Source: Pirellulales bacterium (GTDB lineage: Bacteria > Planctomycetota > Planctomycetia > Pirellulales > UBA1268). From it: a stretch of 64,000 nt of DNA. Shown piece after piece: positions 26,904 through 38,800 of the stretch. The DNA lies in assembly GCA_040397545.1 (NCBI GenBank), contig JBBAVV010000025.1, positions 366 through 64,365 of the forward strand, given 5' to 3'. The notes below the pieces were generated by a model. The model searched no databases. It saw nothing but the letters and a program-made list of their open reading frames with translations, and had not been told where the DNA came from. Each line of letters begins with the position of its first letter. The stretch's first letter is position 1. Position numbers and translations under genes: made by a program.

Positions 26904-28289
26904 GTGCCCCGTGATTTCCTCGATGGCCAGCGAACGGGCCTGCCCGCGACGGTCGACTATCCCACGAACACACGCTGGCTCGTCGTCGCCTTCGCCGTGT
27001 CGCTCGCCGTCCTCCAGTACGTCGATCGGGTCTGCATCTCGCTCGCCGGGCCGTTGATGCAGAAGGATCTCGGGCTCACCGACAGCCAGATGGGGAAGGT
27101 GTTCTCCGCCTTCACCCTCGCCTATGCCCTGTTCGAGATCCCGGGTGGATACCTGGGGGACTGGATCGGCCCGCGGAAGGTGATTCTGCGGATCGTCCTG
27201 TGGTGGAGCTTCTTCACCGCTGCCACCGGCTGGGTGGGCGGCTTCGCGGGGCTCGTCGTGGTCCGCTTCCTGTTCGGCGCCGGGGAAGCGGGCTGCTTCC
27301 CCAACATCTCCAAAGCCTTCAAGCGCTGGCTCCCCCCCTCCGAGCGCGCCCAGGCCCAGGGGATTCTCTGGTTCTCGGCGCGGTGGGGCGGGGCGATCAC
27401 GCCGCTGCTCCTTTTCGCCCTCCTCCAGCAGGTGAATTGGCGAACCGCGTTCCTCATTTTCGGCGTGGTCGGAGTCGTCTGGGCGGTCGCCTTCAACTGG
27501 TGGTACCGCGACGACCCGCGCGATCACCCCCAGGTCAATGCCGCCGAAGCAGCCCTTCTACCGGCCGGGTCGGCGGCCGGTGACGACCACAAGCACATTC
27601 CCTGGCGGGCGATGTTCCGTTCCCCGACGGTGTGGGCGCTGTTCGGGCAGTACTTCTGCATGAGCTACGCCTGGTACTTCTTCATCACGTGGTTCCCCAA
27701 ATACCTCCTCGAAGACCGTGGCTTCGACCTCAAGGGAAGCGCGCTCCTTTCGGGGATGCCCCTGGCGCTGGGGGGGCTGGGGGCGTTTGTCGCCGGCTGG
27801 ATCACGCCGCCGCTGGTCCGCCGCTTCGGCCCCGGCAGGATGCGCCGCGGCCTGGGCGTCGGCGCGATGACCGCGGCCAGTCTCTTGTTCTTCGCCGCGA
27901 CGAAGGTCTCCGATCCCTACATGGCGGTGGCGCTGATTTCCCTGGCGAGCTTCGCCATGGATCTGACGCTGCCGGGATGCTGGACCACCTGCATGGATAT
28001 CGGTGGCCGCGGTGTGGGATCACTTTCCGGGGCGATGAACATGATGGGCAACCTCGGCGGATTCGTTTCGCCCTGGGTGGTCGGCATCATCATCGATCAG
28101 CAGGTCGACCGGACCGGCACGGTGCTGGGGGGATTGATCGCGTCGGTCGGTACCTGGAATCTCACCTTCCTGATCACGTCGGGCTTCTGCCTTCTCGGTG
28201 CCTGCTGCTGGCTGCTCGTCGATCCGGTCACGCCGCTCGATCTCGGCGATCCGGAACATGGCCCCGCCGACGCGCACCATTCGCCCTGA
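26904..28289 (+). CDS. MFS transporter (anion:cation symporter / hexuronate-type)
   Basis: Polytopic ORF. It has no in-frame ATG near the 5' end, so GTG 26904 is proposed and the start is uncertain. Motifs: GYLGDWIGPRK, RFLFGAGEAGCFP. Confidence 0.8.
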   Translation: MPRDFLDGQRTGLPATVDYPTNTRWLVVAFAVSLAVLQYVDRVCISLAGPLMQKDLGLTDSQMGKVFSAFTLAYALFEIPGGYLGDWIGPRKVILRIVLWWSFFTAATGWVGGFAGLVVVRFLFGAGEAGCFPNISKAFKRWLPPSERAQAQGILWFSARWGGAITPLLLFALLQQVNWRTAFLIFGVVGVVWAVAFNWWYRDDPRDHPQVNAAEAALLPAGSAAGDDHKHIPWRAMFRSPTVWALFGQYFCMSYAWYFFITWFPKYLLEDRGFDLKGSALLSGMPLALGGLGAFVAGWITPPLVRRFGPGRMRRGLGVGAMTAASLLFFAATKVSDPYMAVALISLASFAMDLTLPGCWTTCMDIGGRGVGSLSGAMNMMGNLGGFVSPWVVGIIIDQQVDRTGTVLGGLIASVGTWNLTFLITSGFCLLGACCWLLVDPVTPLDLGDPEHGPADAHHSP

Positions 28290-28310
28290 TCCTCACCACG
28301 AGACGCTCTG

Positions 28311-30287
28311 ATGACTTCCGCCGATGTCGCCTTCCAAGACGATCCCCACGGCCCTGTTGCCGCGGATGTCTACGCCGTCGCCTCGGCGGCGGAGGGTCCA
28401 TCCGGAGCGCTGCCGCTCACCGATGAGATGCTCCGGCACGCTCCCTCGGGGGATCTCTTCGGGCTGTCGCAAAACGTCGGCATGGGATGGGCGGCTGCGG
28501 GATCGGCCGATCCGCAGTTTCTGATTCTCTCCACGCAGGGGGGCGTGCGCGCCCCTGATGGCCGCCCGGTGGCCCTCGGCTACCACACTGGCCACTGGGA
28601 GATCGGGCTTCTCGTCGAGGCTGCTGCCGAGGAATTGCGCCGGCTCGGCAAGGTCCCCTTCGCCGGCTTCTGCTCCGATCCCTGTGACGGCCGCAGCCAG
28701 GGAACGACGGGGATGTTCGACAGCCTCCCCTACCGCAACGATGCCGCCACGGTGCTGCGGCGCCTGGCCCGATCGCTCCCGCTGCGGCAGGGGGTGCTCG
28801 GGATCGCCACCTGCGACAAGGGCCTTCCGGCGATGCTCATGGCGCTGTGCGGGCTCCCTGATCTCCCTGGTGTGATTGTCCCCGGCGGCGTCACGCTCCC
28901 GCCACAAAGCGGCGAAGACGCCGGGAAGATCCAGACGATCGGGGCGCGCTACAGCCTCGGCCTGATCACGCTGGAGGAGGCGGCCGATCTCGGTTGCCGG
29001 GCCTGCGCGACTCCCGGCGGCGGGTGCCAATTCCTCGGCACGGCGGCAACGGCGCAGGTGGTGGCGGAGGCCCTCGGCCTCACGCTCCCCCATGCAGCGC
29101 TCGTGCCCTCGGGGCAGCCGGTGTGGCGCGATCTTGCCGTCCGGTCGGCGCGGGCGCTGGTGGCGCTCGCCGGGGCCGGATCAACGACGCGAGACATCGT
29201 CACGCCCGCTGCCCTGCGCAACGCGATGGTGGTCCACGCCGCCTTCGGCGGCTCGACAAATCTCCTCCTCCACATCCCCGCCTTCGCCCACGCCGCCGGC
29301 ATTCCCCTGCCGACGGTCGATGACTGGATCGGGGTCAATTCCGTCGTGCCGCGCCTCGTCAGCGTTCTTCCCAACGGCCCAGTCCACCATCCGACCGTGC
29401 GCGTGTTCCTCGCCGGTGGCGTGCCGGAAGTGATGCTCCATCTCGACACCCTCGGCCTCATCGACGGCTCGGCGCGGACCGTCGCGGGCTGGACGGTGAC
29501 CGAGACCCTCGACTGGTGGCGGACGAGCGACCGGCGGAAGCGTTTCCGCCGGTTGCTTACGGAGCTCGACGGGGTCGATCCCGACGACGTCATCCTGGCA
29601 CCGGAGAAGGCAGCCCGGGCCGGGCTGAAGCGGACGCTCGCTTTCCCGCGTGGCAACCTCGCCCCAGAGGGCTCTGTCGTCAAGGCGACGGCAATCGATC
29701 CGAGCGTCATCGGCGCTGACGGCGTCTATCGTCATGAGGGGCCGGCGCGGGTGTTCACGAGTGAACGCGCTGCCATCGCCGCGCTGAAAGGTGGGCGGAT
29801 CGTCGCCGGCGACGTCATGATCCTCGCCGGCGTCGGCCCGATGGGAACGGGGATGGAGGAGACCTATCAGGTGACCAGTGCCCTGAAGCAGATCCCCGGG
29901 GGCAACCGGGTGGCGCTGATCACCGATGCCCGCTTCTCCGGCGTCTCCACCGGAGCCTGCATCGGCCATGTCGGCCCCGAAGCGCTCGCCGGGGGCCCGA
30001 TCGGCAAGCTCGTCGAAGGGGACATCGTCCGGATCGTGATCGACACCGGGAGCGTCAGCGGCTCGATCGATCTCGTCGGCTGGGCGGGCCATGATGCGGG
30101 GGGCCCGAGTCCCCAGGAGGGGGCTGTTGAACTGGCCCGGCGCTCGTCGCGCGGCGACCTCGCCCCCGATCCCCATCTCCCCGACGACACGAAGCTCTGG
30201 GCGGTGCTCCAGTCGGCCAGCGGCGGCACCTGGCGAGGCTGCATCTACGACACCGAGCGGATCGCGGCACGGCTGGCGCGACCGTGA
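28311..30287 (+). CDS. IlvD/EDD-family sugar-acid dehydratase, YjhG/YagF-type D-xylonate dehydratase-like
   Basis: 658 aa. Motifs: [43 protein letters not shown]. The length and N-terminal extension fit the YjhG/YagF subgroup. Confidence 0.8.
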   Translation: MTSADVAFQDDPHGPVAADVYAVASAAEGPSGALPLTDEMLRHAPSGDLFGLSQNVGMGWAAAGSADPQFLILSTQGGVRAPDGRPVALGYHTGHWEIGLLVEAAAEELRRLGKVPFAGFCSDPCDGRSQGTTGMFDSLPYRNDAATVLRRLARSLPLRQGVLGIATCDKGLPAMLMALCGLPDLPGVIVPGGVTLPPQSGEDAGKIQTIGARYSLGLITLEEAADLGCRACATPGGGCQFLGTAATAQVVAEALGLTLPHAALVPSGQPVWRDLAVRSARALVALAGAGSTTRDIVTPAALRNAMVVHAAFGGSTNLLLHIPAFAHAAGIPLPTVDDWIGVNSVVPRLVSVLPNGPVHHPTVRVFLAGGVPEVMLHLDTLGLIDGSARTVAGWTVTETLDWWRTSDRRKRFRRLLTELDGVDPDDVILAPEKAARAGLKRTLAFPRGNLAPEGSVVKATAIDPSVIGADGVYRHEGPARVFTSERAAIAALKGGRIVAGDVMILAGVGPMGTGMEETYQVTSALKQIPGGNRVALITDARFSGVSTGACIGHVGPEALAGGPIGKLVEGDIVRIVIDTGSVSGSIDLVGWAGHDAGGPSPQEGAVELARRSSRGDLAPDPHLPDDTKLWAVLQSASGGTWRGCIYDTERIAARLARP

Positions 30288-31969
30288 CGCGGCCGCGGGC
30301 CGTTGAGGAGCAGGCCCAGCGGCGTGTGGCGGACGAGGAGTTGGTAGCTCACCAGGAGGATCGCGGTGGCAAGCGTCGTGATGAGGAAAAACTTGAGCGT
30401 GCCCGGCCAGGGCCAGCTGCGCGAGTATTGCTGGAGAACGATCACCACCGGCATGTGGGCGAGGTAGAGCCAGTAAGCCGAGTCGGAGAGATAGCGCCAC
30501 GTGCGGCTCTCCGCCGGCACGAGCCAGCGGAAGAAGCCGATCGCCGCGAAGCTCATCAGCCAGGCATAGAGCACCTGTGGTAGGGCGCTTGCTGCCGGCG
30601 ACTGCATCGTGGCCAGTCCCACGGGGAAGCAGATCAAAAGCGCGACAAGCAACGGCACAAGCCAGCGCCGCCCCAAGCTCTCGACGTTGTTCGCCCGGTG
30701 TTCGGCGAGGAACAGCAGCGCTCCGTAGCCGAAGAAAACAGCGTAGTAGGCGAGGACATGCGGCTGGGGAAGGAGCCCGCCGGAGGTGTCGGGGCCGAAG
30801 CCCGGCGCGAGTAGCCCCATGAAGAGCTGCGGGAGGAGCGTCAGCGGCACCGTCCAGAGGAGGGCCGCGGGGGAGGTGACGAGCCAGCCCGGCGGGGAGG
30901 GGAGGCGGAGACTCGTCGCGAGCGCGGCGACGGCGGCAAACCCGACGGCCAGCCAGCAGAGAAACATGAGAAACCACAGATAGTTGAGCGTCATGCCGGC
31001 GAGCAGCGACTGCCGCGCCGGCTCCAGCGGCATGGCGACCACAAACTGCGGGGAGACGAGCCAGTCGCGGTAGGCATCGCGGGCCTGCGTCAGCAGATCG
31101 GCCGGGCGGGGGACCGGCACCGCGGTCGATTCGCCGGTGCGCGCGGCGAGGAGCGCGCGGATGGCGTCGCGATCCGCGCGGAGGGTTTCGGGGGGCGCAA
31201 GTTCCAGTCGGAGTAGACCGCCGATGAAGGCGGTGGTGCCGGCGTCGGCCTTCGTCGAGTCGAGGGGGCTGCCGCCGTCCGGTCCGCGCTGCGCAGGATC
31301 GGCGCCGGCCTCGAGGAGAAGCTGCACGATCGGCAGGTGGCCAGCAAAGGCCGCGGCATGGAGGGGGACGCGGGAGTCGCTGCCGAGGGCGTTTGGGTCG
31401 GCACCGGCGTCGAGGAGGGCCCGGGTCACCCCGACATCCCCGACGAGGGCTGCGAGTGTGATCAGTGGCATGCGGAACTCCGCGTCGATCCCGGTGGCGT
31501 CGGCCCCGGCTGCGATCGCTGCGGCGACGCCGCCGGCATCTTTGTTGCGAATCGCTGCGGTCAGTGGCGAAGGGGGCCCAGCGGGCACCGTCGGTGCGCC
31601 GGCTGCAGCGGCGCCCGGAGCGTGCTTGTTCACCCAGTCGAAGAGGGGCAGCAGCGTGCAGAAGCCGAGGACCAAGGGGACGAAAACGCGCTTGTAACGC
31701 TGCGCGAGCATCGCCCTCGGGCCCCGACGCTGCCACAGCATCGCCGTGAAGAAGCCGCTGACGAGGAAGAACAGCGGCATCCGGAAGCCATGGATCGCCA
31801 GGAACAGCAGCCCGAGCCGGGGGGCCGGCTGCGTGTCCTGTACCGGCCAGGGGATTCCCGGGACGTAGGCGAGGCTGGCGTGGAGAAGGATCCCGAGGAG
31901 CATCGCCACGGCGCGGAGGGCATCGAGATCGTGGCGACGGGGATCGGCAGGGGGGGGCATGGTTTCCAT
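30245..31969 (-). CDS. Acyltransferase-3 family membrane protein with an internal ankyrin-repeat insert
   Basis: N-terminal acyltransferase_3 motifs are present ([30 protein letters not shown]). They are followed by ANK-like repeats ([24 protein letters not shown]) and then further TM helices. Start taken at ATG 31969; the ORF opens at 32059. Confidence 0.75.
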   Translation of the reverse strand: METMPPPADPRRHDLDALRAVAMLLGILLHASLAYVPGIPWPVQDTQPAPRLGLLFLAIHGFRMPLFFLVSGFFTAMLWQRRGPRAMLAQRYKRVFVPLVLGFCTLLPLFDWVNKHAPGAAAAGAPTVPAGPPSPLTAAIRNKDAGGVAAAIAAGADATGIDAEFRMPLITLAALVGDVGVTRALLDAGADPNALGSDSRVPLHAAAFAGHLPIVQLLLEAGADPAQRGPDGGSPLDSTKADAGTTAFIGGLLRLELAPPETLRADRDAIRALLAARTGESTAVPVPRPADLLTQARDAYRDWLVSPQFVVAMPLEPARQSLLAGMTLNYLWFLMFLCWLAVGFAAVAALATSLRLPSPPGWLVTSPAALLWTVPLTLLPQLFMGLLAPGFGPDTSGGLLPQPHVLAYYAVFFGYGALLFLAEHRANNVESLGRRWLVPLLVALLICFPVGLATMQSPAASALPQVLYAWLMSFAAIGFFRWLVPAESRTWRYLSDSAYWLYLAHMPVVIVLQQYSRSWPWPGTLKFFLITTLATAILLVSYQLLVRHTPLGLLLNGPRPRHGRASRAAIRSVS

Positions 31970-32027
31970 TCCAGGGACGGGGCCGAGGAAAAAGGGGGAT
32001 CGTAGCTGGAATGACCGGCTCGTGGCA

Positions 32028-32657
32028 TCACCGTCCCGCGGTCGCCTTGCGACGCTCATTGAGAGCCCGCTGATACTCGAAGAACCGGGCCCGCTGCGAC
32101 GAAGTCGTATTGTCGATCACACCCTTGCGGCCGGCGTTGCGGGAATCTTCGCTCGGGCTCTGCGGCGGAGCGCTGCCGCCCCCCGCCTGCCCTCCCGCCT
32201 GCCCCGCGGAAGGTGCTGCGGCAGCCGTCGCTCCCGACCGGGCCGCGGCCGCGGCAGCCAGCGCTCCCCCGATCAGTCTCTCGCTCTTGATCTGTCGGTC
32301 GAGCTCGGCCTTCCTCTCGGCGGGAGGTGTGGCGAAGAACCGGTCCATGGCGCGGCGTCTCCCCGCTTCCGCGGTGGCCCACCCCGCCGCGGCCGCCTGT
32401 CCGCGCAGCCTTGGGGGCAGCGCTTCGGTCTTGTCCCTGATCTTCCCCCACGCAGCGGCGATCACGCTGGCCTCCGCCTCGGTCTTCGGGCCACCGTCGG
32501 CCGCCACGAACCGGTCAACCTCCCGATGCAGCGCCAGGACTTCGGCCAGACGCGGATCGGTGGTGAAGCGGATCCAGCCGCCGAGCCAGGCGATGAGCAA
32601 CAGGGCGACCACGGCAAGGAGCGTACGGCCGCCCCACCGACGGAGCGTCGGATTCAT
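32028..32657 (-). CDS. Hypothetical membrane-anchored protein
   Basis: 209-aa ORF with an N-terminal TM segment (LLAVVALLLIAWLGGW). It lies immediately downstream of the DUF1559 gene on the same strand. Confidence 0.55.
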   Translation of the reverse strand: MNPTLRRWGGRTLLAVVALLLIAWLGGWIRFTTDPRLAEVLALHREVDRFVAADGGPKTEAEASVIAAAWGKIRDKTEALPPRLRGQAAAAGWATAEAGRRRAMDRFFATPPAERKAELDRQIKSERLIGGALAAAAAARSGATAAAAPSAGQAGGQAGGGSAPPQSPSEDSRNAGRKGVIDNTTSSQRARFFEYQRALNERRKATAGR

Positions 32658-32684
32658 GCGGGGATTCCCGGGAAGGATGTCCGG

Positions 32685-33455
32685 TCAGAGATTGTCAACG
32701 TGCCCGTCGAGGAAGAGGTAGTTGCGAGCGCCATCCTGCGGCGGCCTGCGGGAGGCGTTGGGATTGGCGCCGTTGAAGGCGGCCTCTTCCCCGGAGGCGA
32801 ATCCGACACCGCCACCATGGAACGCGTCGAACTCGAACATCACCCACAGCTTCGACGTTCCCCCCTGCACACCCCCGAAGCTCATCGCCTCCTCCCGGGT
32901 GAGGTTGGCGAGGCGCCATTCCGGATATTCGTAGCTCGTTCCTTCGTAGGGGAGCGATTGGTATTCCGGGGGGGCATCGGCGAGCGATTTGCCGATGGCA
33001 GCGAGATCGCTTTGAAACTTCTCCATTCCCCGGGCCGACTTCTGGAAGTAATAGATGTCGGAGGGGCATTTGAAGATGTTGCGGTTGTTCTCCGAGTAGG
33101 GGCCGAGGGCGGCAGCGATGCTCTGCCGGGCGGGGCGATCTTTGGTGGCGAAGATCAGTTCGTCGCTCGGCAGCGACGCGGCATCGGGGAACCGCCCCCG
33201 GCTCTTGCGGTCGAGAAACATCGTCAGCGCGATTCCCACCTGCTTGAGATTCGATTTGCACTCCGTTCGTCGAGCAGCTTCCCGGGCCGCCTGCACGGCC
33301 GGGAGGAGGAGGCCGACGAGCAGGCCAATGATCGCGATCACGACGAGCAACTCGACGAGCGTGAACGCCGCGGTGTTCCGGGGCGCCGAAGCGCGGCGAC
33401 GAGCCGGACGATCGCGGTGCGGGGGTGGGGAGATGATGCCTGGGATCGTTGCCAT
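32685..33455 (-). CDS. DUF1559 protein with a prepilin-type N-terminal cleavage/methylation motif (H-X9-DG type)
   Basis: Start at ATG 33455. It has [33 protein letters not shown] and a C-terminal [12 protein letters not shown], a hallmark of Planctomycetota. Confidence 0.9.
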   Translation of the reverse strand: MATIPGIISPPPHRDRPARRRASAPRNTAAFTLVELLVVIAIIGLLVGLLLPAVQAAREAARRTECKSNLKQVGIALTMFLDRKSRGRFPDAASLPSDELIFATKDRPARQSIAAALGPYSENNRNIFKCPSDIYYFQKSARGMEKFQSDLAAIGKSLADAPPEYQSLPYEGTSYEYPEWRLANLTREEAMSFGGVQGGTSKLWVMFEFDAFHGGGVGFASGEEAAFNGANPNASRRPPQDGARNYLFLDGHVDNL

Positions 33456-33752
33456 GATGCCTCCACCGGGGCGGACCGCCGTGCACGCGTCGGTCACGCG
33501 ACGGAGTGCTGCAGGGAAAACGGCTGGAGCCCAGAATCCTGACATGCCACGATGAAACCGCTTGCAAACAGCCCCGATTCGCTGCGGCGGCGGGAGCTTG
33601 CGTTGGCCCCTCGCGAGTGCGCATGGGTATCTCCCGCATCGGGGCCCGTGGCGATCCTTTGGGTGTAGCGAGGTCCGGCCGAAAGATCGTAGGATCCTCC
33701 GAGAGCATAGGAACCAGATGAATACCGCCCCCACAGCCCGGAGACGATCCCT

Positions 33753-34364
33753 GTGACCGAGGCCCTCATCGTCGTCGATCTCCAAAATGACTTCTGTCCC
33801 GGAGGGGCTCTGCCGGTCGACGACGGCGACGCCATCGTGCCGCTGGTGAACAGGCTGCTCGCGCAGGCCAGTGTCCGCGTTCTGACACAGGATTGGCATC
33901 CGCCGCAGCACCGCTCGTTTGCAGCCAATCACCCTTTCGCCAAGCCGTTTGACCGTGGCCTGGTCGGCGGCGTCGAGCAGGTTCTCTGGCCGGTGCACTG
34001 CGTGGAGGGGACGAGCGGGGCGGAGTTCCATCCCGGCGTCGAGACCGACCGGGCCGATCTCATCTTGAGAAAGGGAGGGAATGGAGCGTTGGACAGCTAT
34101 TCAGCTTTCTTTGAGAACGATCGTGTCACGCCGACGGGCCTCGATGGCTATCTGCGGTCTCGCGGCGTCGAGGCCGTGGCCGTTGTCGGTCTCGCGCTCG
34201 ACTTCTGCGTGGCGGCGACGGCGGTCGACGCGGCCGGGCTCGGCTACCGGGTGCGTGTCATCGAGCCAGCGTGCCGGGCGATCGATCGAGCAGGCTCGCT
34301 TGCCGCGTGCTGGGCGGCGATGGACAAGGCCGGCGTGACGATCGATCGGGGGAGTGTTTTCTGA
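33753..34364 (+). CDS. pncA: Nicotinamidase/pyrazinamidase
   Basis: GTG start. Motifs include [14 protein letters not shown] and the catalytic-Cys context VGLALDFCV. Confidence 0.85.
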   Translation: MTEALIVVDLQNDFCPGGALPVDDGDAIVPLVNRLLAQASVRVLTQDWHPPQHRSFAANHPFAKPFDRGLVGGVEQVLWPVHCVEGTSGAEFHPGVETDRADLILRKGGNGALDSYSAFFENDRVTPTGLDGYLRSRGVEAVAVVGLALDFCVAATAVDAAGLGYRVRVIEPACRAIDRAGSLAACWAAMDKAGVTIDRGSVF

Positions 34365-35647
34365 TGACGCGCCGTGACCATCGATCATTCTCCGTCGACG
34401 ACGCGCCGATCCTCCGCTCCAGAGTCGACACCGATTTCTACAAGTTGCTGATGGGACAGTCGGTGATCCGTCACCGGCCTGCGGTCGAGGTGACGTTTTC
34501 CATCGTCAATCGGACGACGTCGGTGCCGCTGGCCGACGAGGTGGACGAGGACAAGCTGCGGGCGGAGCTCGACCGGGCAAGGACGCTCGCCCTGACGCCC
34601 GCCGAGGCGGCCTATCTTGCCGGGATCGAGATCGGTGGGAGGCGAATCTTCACGACAGAGTTTGTCGCGGCCTTCGCCGATCTCCGTCTTCCTCCTTACG
34701 CGCTCGACGTCCGTGACGGCCAATTCGACCTCACCTTCACCGGCTGTTGGCCGGCGGTGATGCAGTGGGAGGTGCCGGCGCTGGCGATCCTCATGGAGCT
34801 TCGCAGTCGCGCTGTGCTCGAGGGAATGCCGAGCGCCAGTCGCCAGCGCCTCTACGCAGACGCCGGCGCCCGGCTCGATGCCAAGCTCGATCGCCTCTCC
34901 AAGCTCGAAGGGCTGCGGCTGGCTGATTTCGGGACGCGGCGCCGGCACTCGTTTGCCTGGCAGGAGGAGGCTGTCGTCCGGGCCCGAGACCGGCTGGGGC
35001 GGGCGTTCCTCGGCACGTCGAACGTGCTCTTGGCGATGCGGCACGGGGTCGATCCGATCGGCACAAGTGCCCACGAATTGCCAATGGTCTACGCGACCTT
35101 GGCCGACGGCGACGAGGCCCTTGCGGCAGCGCCCTACGCGGTGCTTGCCGACTGGGAGGCCGACTATGCCGCTCCTTTGAGAATCCTTCTCCCCGACACC
35201 TTCGGCACGGCTGGGTTTCTCGCCCGGGCTCCGGAGTCGGTAGCGCGATGGAGCGGCATCCGCATCGATTCGGGCGATCCTGTCGGGATCGCGGAGATGG
35301 CGATCGAATGGTGGAGGGCGCACGGCGAGGATCCTCGGGAGAAGAGCGTCATCTTCTCCGACGGCCTCGACGTCGCCGAGATCGAATCGCTCCATCGCCA
35401 CTTCGCCGGACGGGTGAAGGTGGCGTTCGGGTGGGGCACGCTCCTTACCAACGACTTCCGCGGGCTGTGCGCTGCCGATGCCCTCGCCCCCTTCAGCCTC
35501 GTCTGCAAGGCGGTGAGCGCCGACGGTCGGCCAACGGTGAAGCTCTCCGACAATCCGGCCAAGGCCCTCGGGCCCTCGGGGGAAGTCGCCCGCTACCGGC
35601 GCGTCTTTGCGGTCGGTGCGCAGGAGACTCGGGCGGTCGAGGTGTGA
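34364..35647 (+). CDS. pncB: Nicotinate phosphoribosyltransferase
   Basis: Start ATG 34364 overlaps the pncA stop (TGATG). Motifs: DTDFYKLLM, FGTRRR, TSAHELPM, IRIDSGD. Confidence 0.85.
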   Translation: MTRRDHRSFSVDDAPILRSRVDTDFYKLLMGQSVIRHRPAVEVTFSIVNRTTSVPLADEVDEDKLRAELDRARTLALTPAEAAYLAGIEIGGRRIFTTEFVAAFADLRLPPYALDVRDGQFDLTFTGCWPAVMQWEVPALAILMELRSRAVLEGMPSASRQRLYADAGARLDAKLDRLSKLEGLRLADFGTRRRHSFAWQEEAVVRARDRLGRAFLGTSNVLLAMRHGVDPIGTSAHELPMVYATLADGDEALAAAPYAVLADWEADYAAPLRILLPDTFGTAGFLARAPESVARWSGIRIDSGDPVGIAEMAIEWWRAHGEDPREKSVIFSDGLDVAEIESLHRHFAGRVKVAFGWGTLLTNDFRGLCAADALAPFSLVCKAVSADGRPTVKLSDNPAKALGPSGEVARYRRVFAVGAQETRAVEV

Positions 35648-35821
35648 GCGAACGCATGTGGTCCAGCCGCCTCTTGGCCGCCGCTTTCCCGGCCAAAGGG
35701 GGCATTGTCAGGATTCCTCGGGGTCGGACGTTTTCATTTCTGGGGCTGCGTGGCCACACGCCGCCGGGTCCGGGAGAATCGGCCCAGAGAAGCAGTGGAT
35801 CCTCTCTCGGAGAACGGCCCG

Positions 35822-38800
35822 ATGCGACGTCAACCAGCCTGCCGGGGATTCGGCCGCTCGCCTGTCACGCGTCTTGTCGCGCTGGCCGTCCTTACCGCGG
35901 CACCGCTGGGTGCTGTCGGGGCCGTCCCCGACCCCCTTCCCGGCGTCGGCCATCCCGGGTTTCTCTCCCCGCATGTCAATCCGCTGGCGATCGTCGGGGG
36001 GCATCTGTTCGTCGCCAACACTCCCGCCGACACGCTCGACATCATCGAGATTGCCTCGCGGAGCGTCGTCCGCAGGATCCCGGTTGGCATCCAGCCGGTG
36101 TCGGTCGTGGCCCGTCCCGACGGCCGGGAGGTGTGGGTCGCCAACCACGTCTCCGACTCGGTGAGCGTGATCGACACCGCTCCGGAGAGCGCCACGCGGT
36201 TTCACGTCGTGGCCACGATCCAGGACCTCGACCCGCTCACCCTTGCCACCCGCTTCGATGAGCCGGTGGGGATCGCCTTTGCCGACAACACGAAGGCCTA
36301 CGTCGCCCTCTCTTCCGAGAACCGAGTCGCCGTGATCGACGTGGCGCGGCGGAGCGTGGTGAAGTCGCTTTCGATTGCTGCCCAGGATCCGCGTGCCATC
36401 CAAGTTTGCAGCGGCAGGCTCTATGTGGCGCCGTTTGAGTCACACAACCGCACCCAGCTCTCGGGCGGCCGGGGAAAGCCCGACGGTGACCTGGTGACGT
36501 TCGACGCCTGGGAACACTCGATCCGCCACAACAACGTTCTCTCCCTCGGCCACGTCGTCGACATCATCAAACACCCCGATGTCCCCGACCGGGATCTGTT
36601 CGTGTTCGATACCGCCAGCGACGAGCTCGTGGAGACGATTCACGGCCTCGGCACGCTCCTCTACGGCCTGGCTGTTGACCATGACGGCCGGGTATTTCTC
36701 GCCCAGACCGACGCCCGGAACGACGCCAACGGCCGGGCCGGCACGAAGCAGCAGGGGCTTGCAGAGCTGGAGAACAGGCCGTTTCTGAATTCAGTTACGA
36801 GCGTCCTCCCCGGCAGCGGCGAGCCGCCACGGTTTTACGACCTCGAGCCGCTTCCGCCGGAACAGCCCGCCGATGGAGCAGCCCTTGCTACGCCGTTCGG
36901 GCTGCGGGTCAGCGACGACGGCCGGACGATCGTCGCCACCGCCGCCGGCTCAGGAACACTCTTCACGCTTGACGTGGCCAGTGGCGCGGTCCTCGGCCGC
37001 GTCGCGGTCGGCGCCTGGCCCGACGGCGTTGTGCTCGAGTGCGGTTCGGATGGGAAGCCCGCGCGGGCCTGGGTGCTGTCGGCCTTCTCCAATCAAGTGA
37101 CGCTCGTCGATCTCACCGATCGGGAGCATCCGGCGGCGGTGGCGACGATTCCCCTTGCCGATCCGACGCCCGAGCCCATTCGGCTCGGAAAAATTGCCTT
37201 CCACAGCGCTTCAGCCTCGACGACGAAGACGTTTTCCTGTGCGAGTTGCCATCCCGACGGCCACACCGATCAGCTCCTGTGGGTGCTCGCCACGCCGGTC
37301 GTCTCCGGTGGCAATCAGATCATGCCGCGCTCGACGATGCCCTGCCGGGGGCTCCGCGACACGGCGCCGTTCCACTGGGACGGCATCCCCGGCGATCCTT
37401 ATGGAGGCATCAACAGCCACTCGGTCCATGCTGCCGTCGCCGCCAACAGCGAGGCTGCCGATCCGACGAGCCCCGTCCGCCATCTCATCGACGGTGGGCT
37501 CGCCTCGACGATGCGGCTGGCAGGGGACGACAGCGTCAACGACGAAGGGAAGGCGGGGGGGCTCTCGGGGAGCGAGCGCGACGCCATGGCTGCCTTCCTC
37601 CTCGACATCCCCTATCCGCCGGCCCAGCGCCGCAGCGCTACGAACGTCGTTTCCGAGACAGCCCGAAGCGGATTCCGGCTCTTTCATGTCGATGGCGATC
37701 TCGATCCCTCGAAGCCGACGCCGAATGTCTGTGGCGATTGCCACCGGATGCCCCATCTGGTGAGCACGAACACCCCGGGCACCGGGATGGATACGCCGAC
37801 GTGGCGCGGAGCCTACGACCGCTGGCTGATCCTCCCGCAGGGTCGGCTCAACATCATCGATTTCGATTTCTTCCGCGACATCGCCCACCGTGGCACCCCC
37901 GAGCGCGACGTGTGGCGGATGTCGTGGGGGGGCCGGGAGCGGTTTGACCCGGTGTGGGAGATGGTGCTCGAGGGGAGCACCGGCTTCCCCGGCGCCTTCG
38001 GCCGGCAGGTGACGCTCGATACCCATACGGCCGCCCCCGATCAGCGCCTCACGCGCGATCTCCTCGCGGCCCTCGAAGCCGCCACGAGCGACGGCACGGT
38101 GCTCCTCCGCGGCGAAGGGATTTTCAAGGCAGGCGACGGGGCGAGCGACGTGGTGCTCGAGTTTGATGGGGGGAAGAACGCCGCGGTGTATGTCACGCAT
38201 GACGGGAGCGGCCGGCGCTGGTCGCGCGATGAGTTGCTTGCCGCCGCCGTGGCCGGCGACTTCACCGCGACGTTCACCGCCCGCATCGGTGCCAGAGGCG
38301 CGCAGCCGCAGCCGGCGATCTGGACGGATGGGGAGATTCAGGCCCAAGCGGGGCATCAGGCGTTTCCGCGGCTGAAATCCCGAGAGCGGCTGATGACGAT
38401 GCGTGGCCGGCATGTCGATGAAGGGGCGTTTCCCCTCGTCGACGGCCGCCGTGCCGAGGGGCTGGTGCGTGTCGATGGGGAGACGGTTGTCGTGGAGCTG
38501 GCTGCCACGCCCGGCGACGGGATGCATCTCCTCCAGGTGCACAATCCGGGCGGACTTGTGAGCAACGATTTTTTGTTTTTCGTCAACGAGGAAACCGCGC
38601 CCGTCGCCGATACGAAGGGGAAGTCGCTCGCCGAGATTCTTCGCCTCAAGAAGTGGGATCAGCTTCCGGGCACCTGGATCGACAAGGCGACCGGCGGCCG
38701 GATTGTTCACACGACCTACGCCTGGAAGATTCCCGATCGCGTCCTCGAGGTGGTGAACACCGGCGGCGACAATCCGTCGACATCACTGCTGGCGGTCAAT

